Shown: piece after piece, positions 1 to 9,126 of the stretch
Position numbering within the stretch: the first letter of the stretch is position 1
Layout of the letters: every line of letters begins with the position of its first letter
DNA from: Actinomycetota bacterium
Lineage (GTDB): Bacteria; Actinomycetota; Coriobacteriia; Anaerosomatales; UBA912
Assembly: GCA_023488435.1 (NCBI GenBank)
Contig: JAMDCK010000019.1
Coordinates: 50,967 to 114,966, forward strand
Reading direction: 5' to 3'
DNA: 64,000 bases
Notes under the pieces: model-generated
The model's input: the letters and a program-made list of their open reading frames with translations, nothing else
Databases searched by the model: none
Told to the model about the DNA's origin: nothing
Made by a program: the position numbers and the translations under genes

Positions 1-434
1 TGCGCCATCGTGAGTCCTGTCACAGGATTGTCGGAATGGACCACGACTGCCAGTCCGTCGACAGCCACTGGGTGCTCAACAGGGGTGACATTGTTCTGAC
101 TTGCTTGGGCGATCTCATCTTCATCCATTCCACGCGAAGCGGTCGCCAAGTCGATCGTGCCACCTATCAACGCCGAGATGCCCGTTCCGGAGCCACCGCC
201 CTTGACAGAGATGACTACGTCCGGATTGGCGATCATGAACTCCTCGGCCCAAGCCTGGGCGAGGTTGACCATCGTATCTGAGCCCTGGATGTTGATGGTT
301 CCGGTGAGTGTCTCTCCAGCACCACCCTGATCGCCGCCCGTATCCTGCTGGGGTGCGGCACATCCAACTAGCCCCATGCTGATTGCGATCAGTGCGGCTA
401 CAAGCGCAGTGATCATGATTTTGCCGAACTTCAT
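1..434 (-). CDS. pstS: Phosphate ABC transporter substrate-binding lipoprotein PstS (N-terminal part; runs off the window edge)
   Basis: Absent from the ORF track because it is open at the edge. Reverse translation from the ATG at 434 gives MKFGKIMITALVAALIAISMGLVGCAAPQQ (signal peptide plus lipobox LVGC). It continues TINIQGSDTMVNLAQAWAEEF...VKGGGSGTGISALIGGTIDLATASR, typical of the PstS family. Confidence 0.8.
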   Translation of the reverse strand, partial: MKFGKIMITALVAALIAISMGLVGCAAPQQDTGGDQGGAGETLTGTINIQGSDTMVNLAQAWAEEFMIANPDVVISVKGGGSGTGISALIGGTIDLATASRGMDEDEIAQASQNNVTPVEHPVAVDGLAVVVHSDNPVTGLTMA

Positions 435-496
435 TGACACCCTTCCTCTCGCTGACTGTTTGATCAAGCAATGGATATCGCCAACAACATCGACCA

Positions 497-570
497 TGTT
501 AGGTGCATCATCTGTAATAAAGGTTGCATTGATGTTAAATATCGCGCTACAGATGTAAAATGAATGTAAA
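497..570 (-). promoter_or_regulatory. Pho-box-like direct repeats (TTnACA hexamers on the pstS strand) in the pstS / response-regulator divergent intergenic region
   Basis: Plus-strand TGTTA/TGTAA cores begin at 497, 513, 533, 554 and 565. On the minus strand they read CTAACA, ATTACA, TTAACA, TTTACA and TTTACA. Spacings are 16, 20, 21 and 11 bp, roughly helical phase. The region is AT-rich, lies upstream of pstS and sits next to a PhoPR-like pair. Confidence 0.45.
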
Positions 571-641
571 GTCCGTCTGAAGTTCGTATTGCATGCGTAT
601 GATACCTCCTTGGATACACCGATCGATGCGGAGGTCAGGAA

Positions 642-1337
642 TTGACGACTATCTTACTGGTGGAAGACGACCCCATCATCCGGCAGACAGTCGAATATGC
701 TCTGCGCCGAGCAGGGTTCAATACGGTGTCGAGTGCCAATGGCCTCCAGGCGCTTGAAGTTGCTGCTACATCCAAGCCCGACCTCATACTCCTTGACTTG
801 ATGCTTCCCGGAGCTGACGGATATGTGTTCGCCCAGAGCTTCCGGGAGATAAACAAGCACACACCCATCATCATCGTGACCGCGCTGGATCAAGAGTCCG
901 ACAAGATCAAAGGACTCGATGCCGGCGCCGATGACTACATCACCAAGCCGTTCTCGATGCAAGAGCTGTTGGCTAGAGTCCGGGCAAACCTGAGGCGCAC
1001 TCGTGAACAAGATGTGTTGAGCAACGAACCAATTGCCATCGGCGATCTTTCCATAGAGCCCAACCAACTCAAGGCCTCGGTGGCGGGTGTTCCGGTGAAG
1101 CTCAGGCTCAAAGAGTTCCAGCTACTTGTTACCCTCGCTTCCCATCCCGGGGTCTTGAGGACCAGACAGTTTCTTGCATCCGAAGTGTGGGGCTACGAGG
1201 CGTTGCCTACCTCAAGGACGATTGACGTGCACATTCGGCGTCTCCGTCAGGGCATTGAGGACCCCTCGCGATTCACGTACATACACACAGTCCACGGCAT
1301 GGGTTATCGCTTCGAACCTATCCCCAAGGACGAATGA
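642..1337 (+). CDS. OmpR/PhoB-family response regulator (PhoP/RegX3-like)
   Basis: The translation has a receiver domain (ILLVEDDP...DLILLDLMLPGADG...KPF). It also has a winged-helix output domain (LRLKEFQLL...RTIDVHIRRLRQ...VHGMGYRF). TTG start. The stop overlaps the kinase start (1334-1337). Confidence 0.9.
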   Translation: MTTILLVEDDPIIRQTVEYALRRAGFNTVSSANGLQALEVAATSKPDLILLDLMLPGADGYVFAQSFREINKHTPIIIVTALDQESDKIKGLDAGADDYITKPFSMQELLARVRANLRRTREQDVLSNEPIAIGDLSIEPNQLKASVAGVPVKLRLKEFQLLVTLASHPGVLRTRQFLASEVWGYEALPTSRTIDVHIRRLRQGIEDPSRFTYIHTVHGMGYRFEPIPKDE

Positions 1338-3115
1338 CCCCAAGGTGGCCGCACGTGACTGAATCGCGATCTCCGCTCAAATCCGCCCTTGAGCATTGGC
1401 TAAGACCGGCTGCCATGGTTGTTGGAGTGGCAGCACTCGCCGCTCTATGGGCATGGAGCTTCTTGGCGCCGCTGGATTCGATACTGCTCGAGAGACAAGA
1501 ACGCCACCTGACAGCTTTCGCTAGATCAGCAATCACCCTTCTGCAAACGGTTCCGGGTGACCCGACCGACCAGCTCTACAATCTCGTCGATCAGACCGGC
1601 TTCCGCATCGAGGTAACGAACGCCCAGGGGGAGGTGGTCTTCGACTCGATTCCGGGACAGAATCTTGCGCCCGATGCCTCCGCGGATGCCGAGATAGAAG
1701 CCGCCCTGGCTGGCAGAACAGGACGTGCGCAGCGCATCGATCGGTTGGATGGGGAGAAAAGAGCATTCTTGGCGTTACCGACCGGCCTGGATGCCGAGCG
1801 GGCCGTGGTGCGTGTATCGGAGGATCAGGGCTACTTCGGGGATATTCTCATGTCAGCAGTGCGATCAGGGCTCGTGCTTCTCACCATATTGCTCATCCTC
1901 GCCATCATCTTAGCCAGGCGGCTCGATCGAGGAATAGCCCAGCCCATATCGCGGCTAACTTCGGCCGCCCAGAAGATTGCCTCAGGTAACCTGCAGGTCG
2001 TAATCGGAAGAGAGGGCGGCTCGTTCGAACCGATGGCGATTGCCCTGGAAGCTCTGAAGGAACGCATCCGCTCCATCGAAGAGGCACACTTGGGAGAGAA
2101 ACAGGACCTCCGCCGAGCACTGGATGGTTTCGACGATGCTGTATTGCTTGTAGATGCTGGCGTGATCCAGTATGCGAACTCCTCGGCGGGCAGACTGCTC
2201 GGAGCGCCTGTTTCTACACTCGTCGGCCGAACGATCGATGGCGTCGACCTGCCTGCCTCGATTGGAGCTGGGATCGGTGCGCTGGTTGACGAGAGGGTGG
2301 TCATCGAATCCGGCCCGGACCCCTCAGGCACGACGCTGAGGGCGACCGTGACACCTCTGGATGCCGAGAGCGGCTCGGGAGGCGCGTTGGTAGTCATCGG
2401 AGATGTCACCGAGCGACTCAAGACCGAGCGCCTGCGTAGAGACTTCGTGGCGAACGCCAGTCATGAGCTCAAGACCCCTGTTTCGACAATCCGATTGCTC
2501 GCAGAGTCCACTCGTGATGCGGCTCTCGATGGCGACGTGGAGCAGTCGCTGGCCTTCGCAACCCAGATTGCCGATGAATCGCACCGTCTGAGCAGGCTGG
2601 TCGTCGATCTTCTCGACCTCTCGCGACTTGAGTCGACCGATTCTGCTGGTTCTTCCTCGGATGTGAGGGAAGGAATCGCCAATGCGGTGCTCTCGCACAG
2701 AACTGCGGCAGCCCACAAGAGCCTGACTTTGCAGGTGGACGACACCGCGGTAGAGGGTGAAGACCTTTATGCGGCTGTGAATCTCACGGATCTTGCCATC
2801 GTGCTCGACAACTTACTCGACAACGCAGTCAACTACACCGCTGAAGGCGGAGCCCGTGTGCTGCTCGAAGCTGATGTCGACACCATAACCATCTCGGTCA
2901 TCGACACTGGGATTGGGATCCCCGCAGAGGACCTGTCGAGGATATTCGAGCGTTTTTATCGCGTGGACAGGGCTCGCTCTAGGTCCACAGGGAGCACAGG
3001 GCTGGGTCTATCGCTCGTCCGCAACGTCGTGGAACGCAGCGGGGGATCCGTTGAGGTCGCCTCCAGCCTCGGTCACGGCTCCACCTTCGTGGTTCGTCTA
3101 CCGAGAGCCCGCTGA
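1334..3115 (+). CDS. Sensor histidine kinase (PhoR/SenX3-like; TM-sensor-HAMP-PAS-HisKA-HATPase)
   Basis: H-box FVANASHELKTP. N and G boxes LDNLLDNAVNYT, DTGIGIP, GSTGLGLSLV. Two hydrophobic segments flank a roughly 140-aa extracytoplasmic region. Translationally coupled to the regulator. Confidence 0.9.
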   Translation: MTPRWPHVTESRSPLKSALEHWLRPAAMVVGVAALAALWAWSFLAPLDSILLERQERHLTAFARSAITLLQTVPGDPTDQLYNLVDQTGFRIEVTNAQGEVVFDSIPGQNLAPDASADAEIEAALAGRTGRAQRIDRLDGEKRAFLALPTGLDAERAVVRVSEDQGYFGDILMSAVRSGLVLLTILLILAIILARRLDRGIAQPISRLTSAAQKIASGNLQVVIGREGGSFEPMAIALEALKERIRSIEEAHLGEKQDLRRALDGFDDAVLLVDAGVIQYANSSAGRLLGAPVSTLVGRTIDGVDLPASIGAGIGALVDERVVIESGPDPSGTTLRATVTPLDAESGSGGALVVIGDVTERLKTERLRRDFVANASHELKTPVSTIRLLAESTRDAALDGDVEQSLAFATQIADESHRLSRLVVDLLDLSRLESTDSAGSSSDVREGIANAVLSHRTAAAHKSLTLQVDDTAVEGEDLYAAVNLTDLAIVLDNLLDNAVNYTAEGGARVLLEADVDTITISVIDTGIGIPAEDLSRIFERFYRVDRARSRSTGSTGLGLSLVRNVVERSGGSVEVASSLGHGSTFVVRLPRAR

Positions 3116-3826
3116 GCCGCGGCCACTCGGATTCTTTGCGTCGCCCACGGACCTACGCTTTTGGCCGTTGGAGTAGAACGCGAAGTACCCTGCCACGCAA
3201 AGCGGCATCCAGGCAATCGCGAGAATCCAGGCGGCAACTACATCCCCGATCCAGTTGACACCCAGGTAAACGACTGAGTACCCAACCAGGACGGGCACGC
3301 TGAGACAGGCAGCCCCTAGCCCGACCCTCGATGCCATTCCTCGTGCGCCGAAGACGACAATGAACGCGACGATGCCGAATAGCAGAAGAGTTGAAAGCGC
3401 ATGCATCGACGGCAGGCCATACGGCCCTGCGACTACTATCTTGGCAAACTCCTCGGACGGTCTATCCCTTTGGAGGAGGTCCCCAAGGATCATCCCGACA
3501 ATAGAGCCACCGGCGACCGTCAGCACTACCAGTCCCGCTTCGACGAAGCGCCTGCGCCAGATGAGCATCAAGGCGACTGCCAGCACCAGAATGGCGACCA
3601 CGATGGCGTCCCCAGCTAGGCTGATCGCCCTGAAGACCTGATCGGCTATGGGCGAATCCACTTCTCGGATCATCGCAGATAGGCGCCTGTCAGCGAAAGC
3701 TAAAGGCGAATAGAAGATCAGGGCCGTCACTAGCGCCGAAAACCCTACAAGCGCCAGCCCGAAAGCAACGACGAGCACGCCTGCCCTCGGATCACGCCTC
3801 CATGAATCGGGCCTCTGAACTCGCAT
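3098..3826 (-). CDS. PAP2-family membrane phosphatase
   Basis: Polytopic membrane protein with PAP2 motifs (DRPSEEF ... PSMHA ... VYLGVNWIGDV). Its 3' end overlaps the convergent kinase gene by 18 nt. Confidence 0.7.
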   Translation of the reverse strand: MRVQRPDSWRRDPRAGVLVVAFGLALVGFSALVTALIFYSPLAFADRRLSAMIREVDSPIADQVFRAISLAGDAIVVAILVLAVALMLIWRRRFVEAGLVVLTVAGGSIVGMILGDLLQRDRPSEEFAKIVVAGPYGLPSMHALSTLLLFGIVAFIVVFGARGMASRVGLGAACLSVPVLVGYSVVYLGVNWIGDVVAAWILAIAWMPLCVAGYFAFYSNGQKRRSVGDAKNPSGRGSAGSR

Positions 3827-3835
3827 CGACAGCTC

Positions 3836-5461
3836 CTAGCTGTTGGCCGCGTCGAGCAACCTCTCGGCGATCTGCTTCTTGCGTGACAGCAGGCCGTCGA
3901 TCCACACTGAGCCCTCGCTGAAGGAAACGCCTAGTGCGCGCTCGGCAAGGCGGATCCGGCCTACGGCCATCACCTCACTGCCCTCTTGGATCACGTCGGT
4001 GATCATCATCAGCACCAGATCGTAGCCCTGGAACTCGCGTAGCCTCTCCATCGCAGCCCGGATGTCTTTCGCATTGCTCATCACATTTGGCAGATCCGCA
4101 GTCTCCATCTGACTGATAGCGATACGGCTATCCCCGATTCTGTACTCCTTCAAGTCGGCGGTCACGGCCCTCTCTGCCGAGAAGGGCATGCTCGAATCCC
4201 GGGACTTGAGCACCTCGATGCCGAACTCCATCGGGTGCACGCCAAGGATATCGGCGAGCCGAGAAGCCACCTGGCGATCGACCTCGGTAGCAGTGGGCGA
4301 CTTGAGCAACACGGTGTCGGTCATGACCGCGGATAGCATCAGTGCCGCCATCTGCTCCGTCGGCTTCACCCCCAGATGCTCGTAGCGAAGTGCGACTATG
4401 GTGGCAGTGGAGCCCACCGGCATGTTCATGAATAGGATTGGTCCCGAAGTCTGCACGTCACCGACGCGGTGGTGGTCGATGATCTCGAGCACCGCAGCCT
4501 CTTCGATACCGGGCGCGGATTGAGACATCTCATTGTGGTCCACGAGTATGACCGGCCGCCGAAGGCCCCGTGCAACGTTGGTCCTAGTCACCATCCCCGA
4601 AAGACGACCCTCCGAGTCGACCACAACCAGCGCCCTGTTCGCACTCACGAGAATGTCCTCGGCGACCTCGCTCAGCAGGACATCCGGTTCCGCAAATGGC
4701 ACCGATGTCTCCATGTGGTCGCGAACCGAGTGCGAGAGGTTGACGAGCCTCGCAGTCGCGAAAGTGTCGTGATAAGTGGATATGATTGCCGCGCCGTTCT
4801 GCTCAGCTAGTTCGACCACGTGGTCATCAGGCCTGGCGCCGCCCGTAAGGATCAGGCAAGCCACCCCTGCGTCCAGAGCCATCGGCTGAGTCCGCTTCCT
4901 GTCTCCAACGATCAAGGTGTCGCCAGGCGCGATATACCCCAGCATCGTGGTTGGCTCCATCGCACCGATAAGGACGTTACCGGTCAGTTCGCGGTCCGGG
5001 TCGCCAAGTAGCAAGTTGCCATGGATCGCACCGGCCAGGTCGCCAACCGTCACATGCCGAGTAAGGAACCCGCGTATCTCGATCTCCTCAAGATACATCT
5101 CGGCGAGTCGCGCTTGGGTCACAAGACCTCTCACGAAACCGCCCTCCAGCACAGGCAGCACGCGCACTTGGTGCTCGCGCATGAGTCGGCCTACCTCGAG
5201 CATCGTCTGGTCGGCGCACACTGTGACGACATCTGCGACCATTACGTCTCGAACGCGCGTGCGCACATGCGCAATCTCAATCGGAACCGAGACGCCGTAG
5301 CGTTCGAAAAGCCATGTGGTCTCCGAGGGCATCGGTCCGAGTCGGGCCGGGATGTAGATGTTATCGGGGTCGCTGACATTCTTGAGGTGGGCATAAGCCA
5401 CCGCCGAACATATCGAGTCGTTATCCGGCCTCAGATGTCCGAAGACCATTATCGGACCCAT
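3836..5461 (-). CDS. CBS-domain-containing family II (Mn-dependent, DHH/DHHA2) inorganic pyrophosphatase
   Basis: Starts MGPIMVFGHLRPDNDSICSAVAYA (DHH motif I). A CBS-DRTGG-CBS insert follows (LILTGGARP), then VDHNE, IIDHHR and a DHHA2 C-terminus. The ATG at 5461 is preceded by GGAGGTG. The track start at 5476 is an upstream GTG. Confidence 0.85.
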   Translation of the reverse strand: MGPIMVFGHLRPDNDSICSAVAYAHLKNVSDPDNIYIPARLGPMPSETTWLFERYGVSVPIEIAHVRTRVRDVMVADVVTVCADQTMLEVGRLMREHQVRVLPVLEGGFVRGLVTQARLAEMYLEEIEIRGFLTRHVTVGDLAGAIHGNLLLGDPDRELTGNVLIGAMEPTTMLGYIAPGDTLIVGDRKRTQPMALDAGVACLILTGGARPDDHVVELAEQNGAAIISTYHDTFATARLVNLSHSVRDHMETSVPFAEPDVLLSEVAEDILVSANRALVVVDSEGRLSGMVTRTNVARGLRRPVILVDHNEMSQSAPGIEEAAVLEIIDHHRVGDVQTSGPILFMNMPVGSTATIVALRYEHLGVKPTEQMAALMLSAVMTDTVLLKSPTATEVDRQVASRLADILGVHPMEFGIEVLKSRDSSMPFSAERAVTADLKEYRIGDSRIAISQMETADLPNVMSNAKDIRAAMERLREFQGYDLVLMMITDVIQEGSEVMAVGRIRLAERALGVSFSEGSVWIDGLLSRKKQIAERLLDAANS

Positions 5462-5513
5462 AGCACGCACCTCCACATCCAGGCTTTGCTTCTTGCAACA
5501 TCACTCGGCACCA

Positions 5514-7694
5514 TCATGACGCAAGCTTCCTCAGTGGTGCAAAGCCCGTCATCAGATTCTTGACGCCTTTCGAGCCGAAATCAACCGTCACGCGATCCTT
5601 CGAGACTTGCTTGACGACGCCAATCCCAAAGACCTTGTGCTCAACCCGGTCGCCCGCCTGGAACACGACGTTAGTTGAGACGCCAACGGTAGGCTTTGCC
5701 GACACAGCCCCCGAGGAGAAGCTTCGTGTGCGCACCGGCGCATCCGCCTTCAGGCACTCCCGCGGTATCTCGGCGATGAATCGGCTGGGAGGGTTGCTCC
5801 TGGTGGAGCCGAAAAGCGACCTGTTGCGCGCATGGGTCAAGTAGAGACGCTCCCGCGCTCGCGTGATGGCGACGTAAGCGAGACGTCGCTCCTCTTCCAA
5901 GCCAGCCGGGTCGAAGATGGAGTTCACATGCGGGAACAGGGTGTCCTCCAGTCCTGCGATGAAGACCACCGGGAACTCAAGGCCCTTGGCGGTGTGGACC
6001 GTCATCAGCGTCACCGTCTCCTGGTCCCCGCTCATCGAATCCAGGTCGCTTCGAAGTGCAAGCCACTCGACGAAGTCGGCCAGCTGGGTGGCGATGTCTG
6101 CCCCATCCTCCGGTGATTGCGGGTGTGCAACCGAGTACTCCTCGGCCACTCCGAAGAACTCTCGGATGTTCTCTGCTCTGCCCGAAGACTCAACTGTGCC
6201 CTCGTTGGCGAGCTCCTGAAGGAGTCCTGTCCTGTCGATGATCTTCTCTACCTGGTCCCGTAGGCAATGCTCGTTCATAGCGCGGATCTCATCGATCAGC
6301 TCGACGAAAGGTCGCACCTTCGCCGCAGGACCAGTGCCGAAATCTCCGGCAGCAAAGCGGCGTAGCGTTGTCTCAAACGGTTCCGCGTCATCCATCGATA
6401 TCTGCGCGATGCGGTCGACGGTCGTCTTGCCTATCCCCCGCCTGGGCCTGTTGATGATGCGCTGAATGGAAATGGCATCGAGCGGGTTTATGAGGATCTT
6501 GAGATATGCCATGACATCCCGGACCTCAGCGCGATCGAAGTACCTGGTCCCTCCGACGATCTGATATGGGATGCCCTCCCTCAGCAATGCATCTTCAAGG
6601 GTCCGGCTTTGTGCATTGGTGCGGTAAAAAACCGCGAAGTCCGAATATCCATGACCTTCCGAGAGCCTGAGCCGCTCGATTTCGCGTGCGATGAAGCGGG
6701 CCTCATCCCTCTCATCATCCGCCTTGTAGGAAGTCACGGCCTCTCCGCCGGCATTCGCTGTCCAAAGCGTCTTGGTCTTGCGTCCGAGGTTGTTCGCAAC
6801 CACAGCGTTGGCCGCTGCCAGGATCGTTGCGGTCGATCGATAGTTCTGCTCGAGGCGGATGACGTTGGTTTCCGGATAATCCTGTTCGAAATCGAGGATG
6901 TTCCTGATATCCGCACCGCGCCACGAGTAGATCGACTGGTCGTCGTCTCCCACCACCATCAAGTTGCGATGGCGCTCTGCCAGCAGCTTGACGATGCGAT
7001 ATTGCGCATGGTTGGTGTCCTGATACTCGTCCACCAACACGTAGCGAAATCTAGACTGATAGCGATCGAGGACATCAGGATGATCGGCAAGCAGCCTGTG
7101 TGCTTCGACCAGAAGATCATCGAAGTCCATCGCATTGGACTCTTTGAGTCGCCGTTGATACAGCGGGAACACCCGCGCAGCAGCTTTGTCCATTGGGGTG
7201 ATTGCCGAGGCAGCGAACTCCTCAGGATCGATAAGCTCATTCTTCGCCGAGGAGGTTCTATTTGCTACGCCGGCGACAGGGTAGCGCTTCTCGTCTACCT
7301 CGGCTTGTGTCATCGCGGCCTTGAACAGTCGCTTCGAGTCATCGGCGTCGTAAATGGTGAACCTGCTGGTGTATCCAACCCGTTCGGCGTCGATGCGCAG
7401 CATCCTCACGCACATCGCGTGGAAGGTCATCACCCACATGTTTCTGGAGTTCAGACCGCAGATGGCCCCTAGGCGCGCTTTCATCTCAGCGGCGGCCTTG
7501 TTGGTGAAAGTGATCGCAATAATCTCTTCCGGAGAAGCCTTTCCTGAGCTGACGATATGCGCGATGCGATGCGTCAGCACCTTCGTCTTGCCTGACCCGG
7601 CCCCAGCCAATACCAATAGAGGGCCATCGGTGCTGTTGACAGCGTCGGCCTGCGCAGGATTGAGATTGGGGGTCGTTTCGGTCATGGGGGTCAA
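5514..7694 (-). CDS. pcrA: ATP-dependent DNA helicase PcrA/UvrD (SF1)
   Basis: LNPAQADAV, Walker A AGAGSGKT, DEYQDTN, YRS, VTLMTVHTAKGLEFPVVF, RRLAYVAITRA and a C-terminal Tudor-like tail. Confidence 0.93.
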   Translation of the reverse strand: MTPMTETTPNLNPAQADAVNSTDGPLLVLAGAGSGKTKVLTHRIAHIVSSGKASPEEIIAITFTNKAAAEMKARLGAICGLNSRNMWVMTFHAMCVRMLRIDAERVGYTSRFTIYDADDSKRLFKAAMTQAEVDEKRYPVAGVANRTSSAKNELIDPEEFAASAITPMDKAAARVFPLYQRRLKESNAMDFDDLLVEAHRLLADHPDVLDRYQSRFRYVLVDEYQDTNHAQYRIVKLLAERHRNLMVVGDDDQSIYSWRGADIRNILDFEQDYPETNVIRLEQNYRSTATILAAANAVVANNLGRKTKTLWTANAGGEAVTSYKADDERDEARFIAREIERLRLSEGHGYSDFAVFYRTNAQSRTLEDALLREGIPYQIVGGTRYFDRAEVRDVMAYLKILINPLDAISIQRIINRPRRGIGKTTVDRIAQISMDDAEPFETTLRRFAAGDFGTGPAAKVRPFVELIDEIRAMNEHCLRDQVEKIIDRTGLLQELANEGTVESSGRAENIREFFGVAEEYSVAHPQSPEDGADIATQLADFVEWLALRSDLDSMSGDQETVTLMTVHTAKGLEFPVVFIAGLEDTLFPHVNSIFDPAGLEEERRLAYVAITRARERLYLTHARNRSLFGSTRSNPPSRFIAEIPRECLKADAPVRTRSFSSGAVSAKPTVGVSTNVVFQAGDRVEHKVFGIGVVKQVSKDRVTVDFGSKGVKNLMTGFAPLRKLAS

Positions 7695-7750
7695 GTCTAC
7701 ACCCGCAGACGGTCCACAGACAGGGTTGAATCTTCCATCAGGATATGTTC

Positions 7751-7960
7751 CTACTTTACGAACTTGATCATGGAGAAGGAATCGCTCGAGTTGCTAAGAC
7801 ATTTATCGTGGATCGCGCAGCGCTTACCTTGGATATGCTGGATGTTGCCGCACTTGTCGCAGACGGGGTCCTTGCACACACTGCACTCCCCGATGCGAAC
7901 GGCTTCTGGCGCACCACATTGTAAGCAGAAGCGTATCGGAGAGTGAATCACCTTCTGCAC
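7751..7960 (-). CDS. Small Cys-rich zinc-ribbon-like protein (hypothetical)
   Basis: 69 aa with CLQC...CSVC...CDKC plus two more Cys. Lies 56 nt upstream of pcrA on the same strand. I recognise no homologue. Confidence 0.45.
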   Translation of the reverse strand: MQKVIHSPIRFCLQCGAPEAVRIGECSVCKDPVCDKCGNIQHIQGKRCAIHDKCLSNSSDSFSMIKFVK

Positions 7961-8020
7961 CCCATACGATGCCTCTTCTACCCGAGTTCCCTATCCTTCA
8001 GCAGGGCGATGCGAGTCTTT

Positions 8021-8830
8021 TTATGCGAGCGAACGCCCAACCGCCTGCGCCACCGGTCTTAATTCGACAATCAGGTTCCTTAATCCTTCAAGATCCAATG
8101 ATTGCGCTCCGTCACACAAAGCTTCACGCGGGTTGGGGTGGACCTCGACCATCAAGCCGTCTGCCCCAACCGCGACAGCAGCCCTAGAAATGGCCGGCAC
8201 CAGATCTGCCGAACCGGTCGGGTGCGAGACATCCACGATGATCGGGAGCAATGACAACTTCTTGACGACTGGAACCGCCGTGATATCCAAGGTGAACCGC
8301 GTGGCGGTCTCGAACGTACGGATGCCGCGCTCGCAAAGGATGACATTCTCGTTGCCTTGCATGGTGATGTAGTTGCTGGCCTGCAGCCACTCCTCGATAG
8401 TGGCGGCCATCCCCCGCTTGAAGACGACCGGCCGATGCGACTGTGCTGTCACCTCGCCGATCTTCTTGAGCAGGCTGAAGTTAGCCATGTTCCGTGTCCC
8501 GACCTGCAGGATGTCGGAGTACTCGTCTATCAGTTTCACGTGCGCCGAGTCGGTGACCTCAGTGACTACGAGCAGGCCGAATTCGTCGGCGACTTCTCTC
8601 AGTATCTCCAGGCCCTTTTGCTCAAGTCCTTGGAACGAGAATGGGGATGATCTGGGCTTGAAAGCGCCACCCCTCATGACGCGAACGCCTTGATCAACCA
8701 GCGTCGCGGCCACTTGGCGCATCTGCTCCTTGCTCTCGACAGAGCATGGGCCAGCTATGATGGTGACGCCTGCATCTCGGCGCACGGCGTCGATGGCGGC
8801 AGGGAGGTTCTTGGTGTTGTCGGGCGTCAT
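8021..8830 (-). CDS. 3-deoxy-7-phosphoheptulonate (DAHP) synthase, type I-beta (AroA(G)/KDOPS-like)
   Basis: MTPDNTKNLPAAIDAVRRDAGVTIIAGPCSVES...MRGGAFKPRSSPFSFQGL...VDVSH. The ATG at 8830 overlaps the chorismate mutase stop (ATGA). Confidence 0.85.
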   Translation of the reverse strand: MTPDNTKNLPAAIDAVRRDAGVTIIAGPCSVESKEQMRQVAATLVDQGVRVMRGGAFKPRSSPFSFQGLEQKGLEILREVADEFGLLVVTEVTDSAHVKLIDEYSDILQVGTRNMANFSLLKKIGEVTAQSHRPVVFKRGMAATIEEWLQASNYITMQGNENVILCERGIRTFETATRFTLDITAVPVVKKLSLLPIIVDVSHPTGSADLVPAISRAAVAVGADGLMVEVHPNPREALCDGAQSLDLEGLRNLIVELRPVAQAVGRSLA

Positions 8831-9114
8831 CGATCCCTCAGCTCCTTCATGACATGAAGGATGGACTCGTATATCTCGCGAAGATTCTCGGTGTATAGCG
8901 GTCCGGTGTTGCACTTGGTCACGTTGATGAATATCTCTTCTTCCCGCTTCGGGTCGTACAGGCCCATTTGCACCTGTGGCTTGAGTTCCCTGATAGCGAG
9001 GGACTCCGCCGCCCGCTCATTGAGTAGCCGCACAATCTGACAATCGATCTCATCGATTCTGCTCCTGTGCAACGAGATCTGCTCGGTGGCGTTGCTGTCA
9101 TCGGATGTCGTCAT
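8827..9114 (-). CDS. Chorismate mutase (AroQ class, stand-alone)
   Basis: 95 aa. LHRSRIDEIDCQIVRLLNERAAESLAIRELK...DPKREEEI is the helical AroQ signature. It sits directly upstream of, and overlaps, DAHP synthase. Confidence 0.8.
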   Translation of the reverse strand: MTTSDDSNATEQISLHRSRIDEIDCQIVRLLNERAAESLAIRELKPQVQMGLYDPKREEEIFINVTKCNTGPLYTENLREIYESILHVMKELRDR

Positions 9115-9126
9115 CGGGCACCTCCT

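Noticed and set aside
36-471. Track ORFs 36-281 (+) and 121-471 (-) at the 5' edge
   Set aside because: Both overlap the edge-truncated pstS frame, which has a clear lipoprotein signal and PstS motifs. Their own translations are featureless.
6609-7472. A 287-aa plus-strand ORF antisense to pcrA, and similar ORFs at 9067-9666, 9694-10311 and 11076-11615 antisense to guaA and guaB3
   Set aside because: They mirror strongly supported genes, and their composition is atypical of real proteins. I treat them as GC-driven phantom ORFs.
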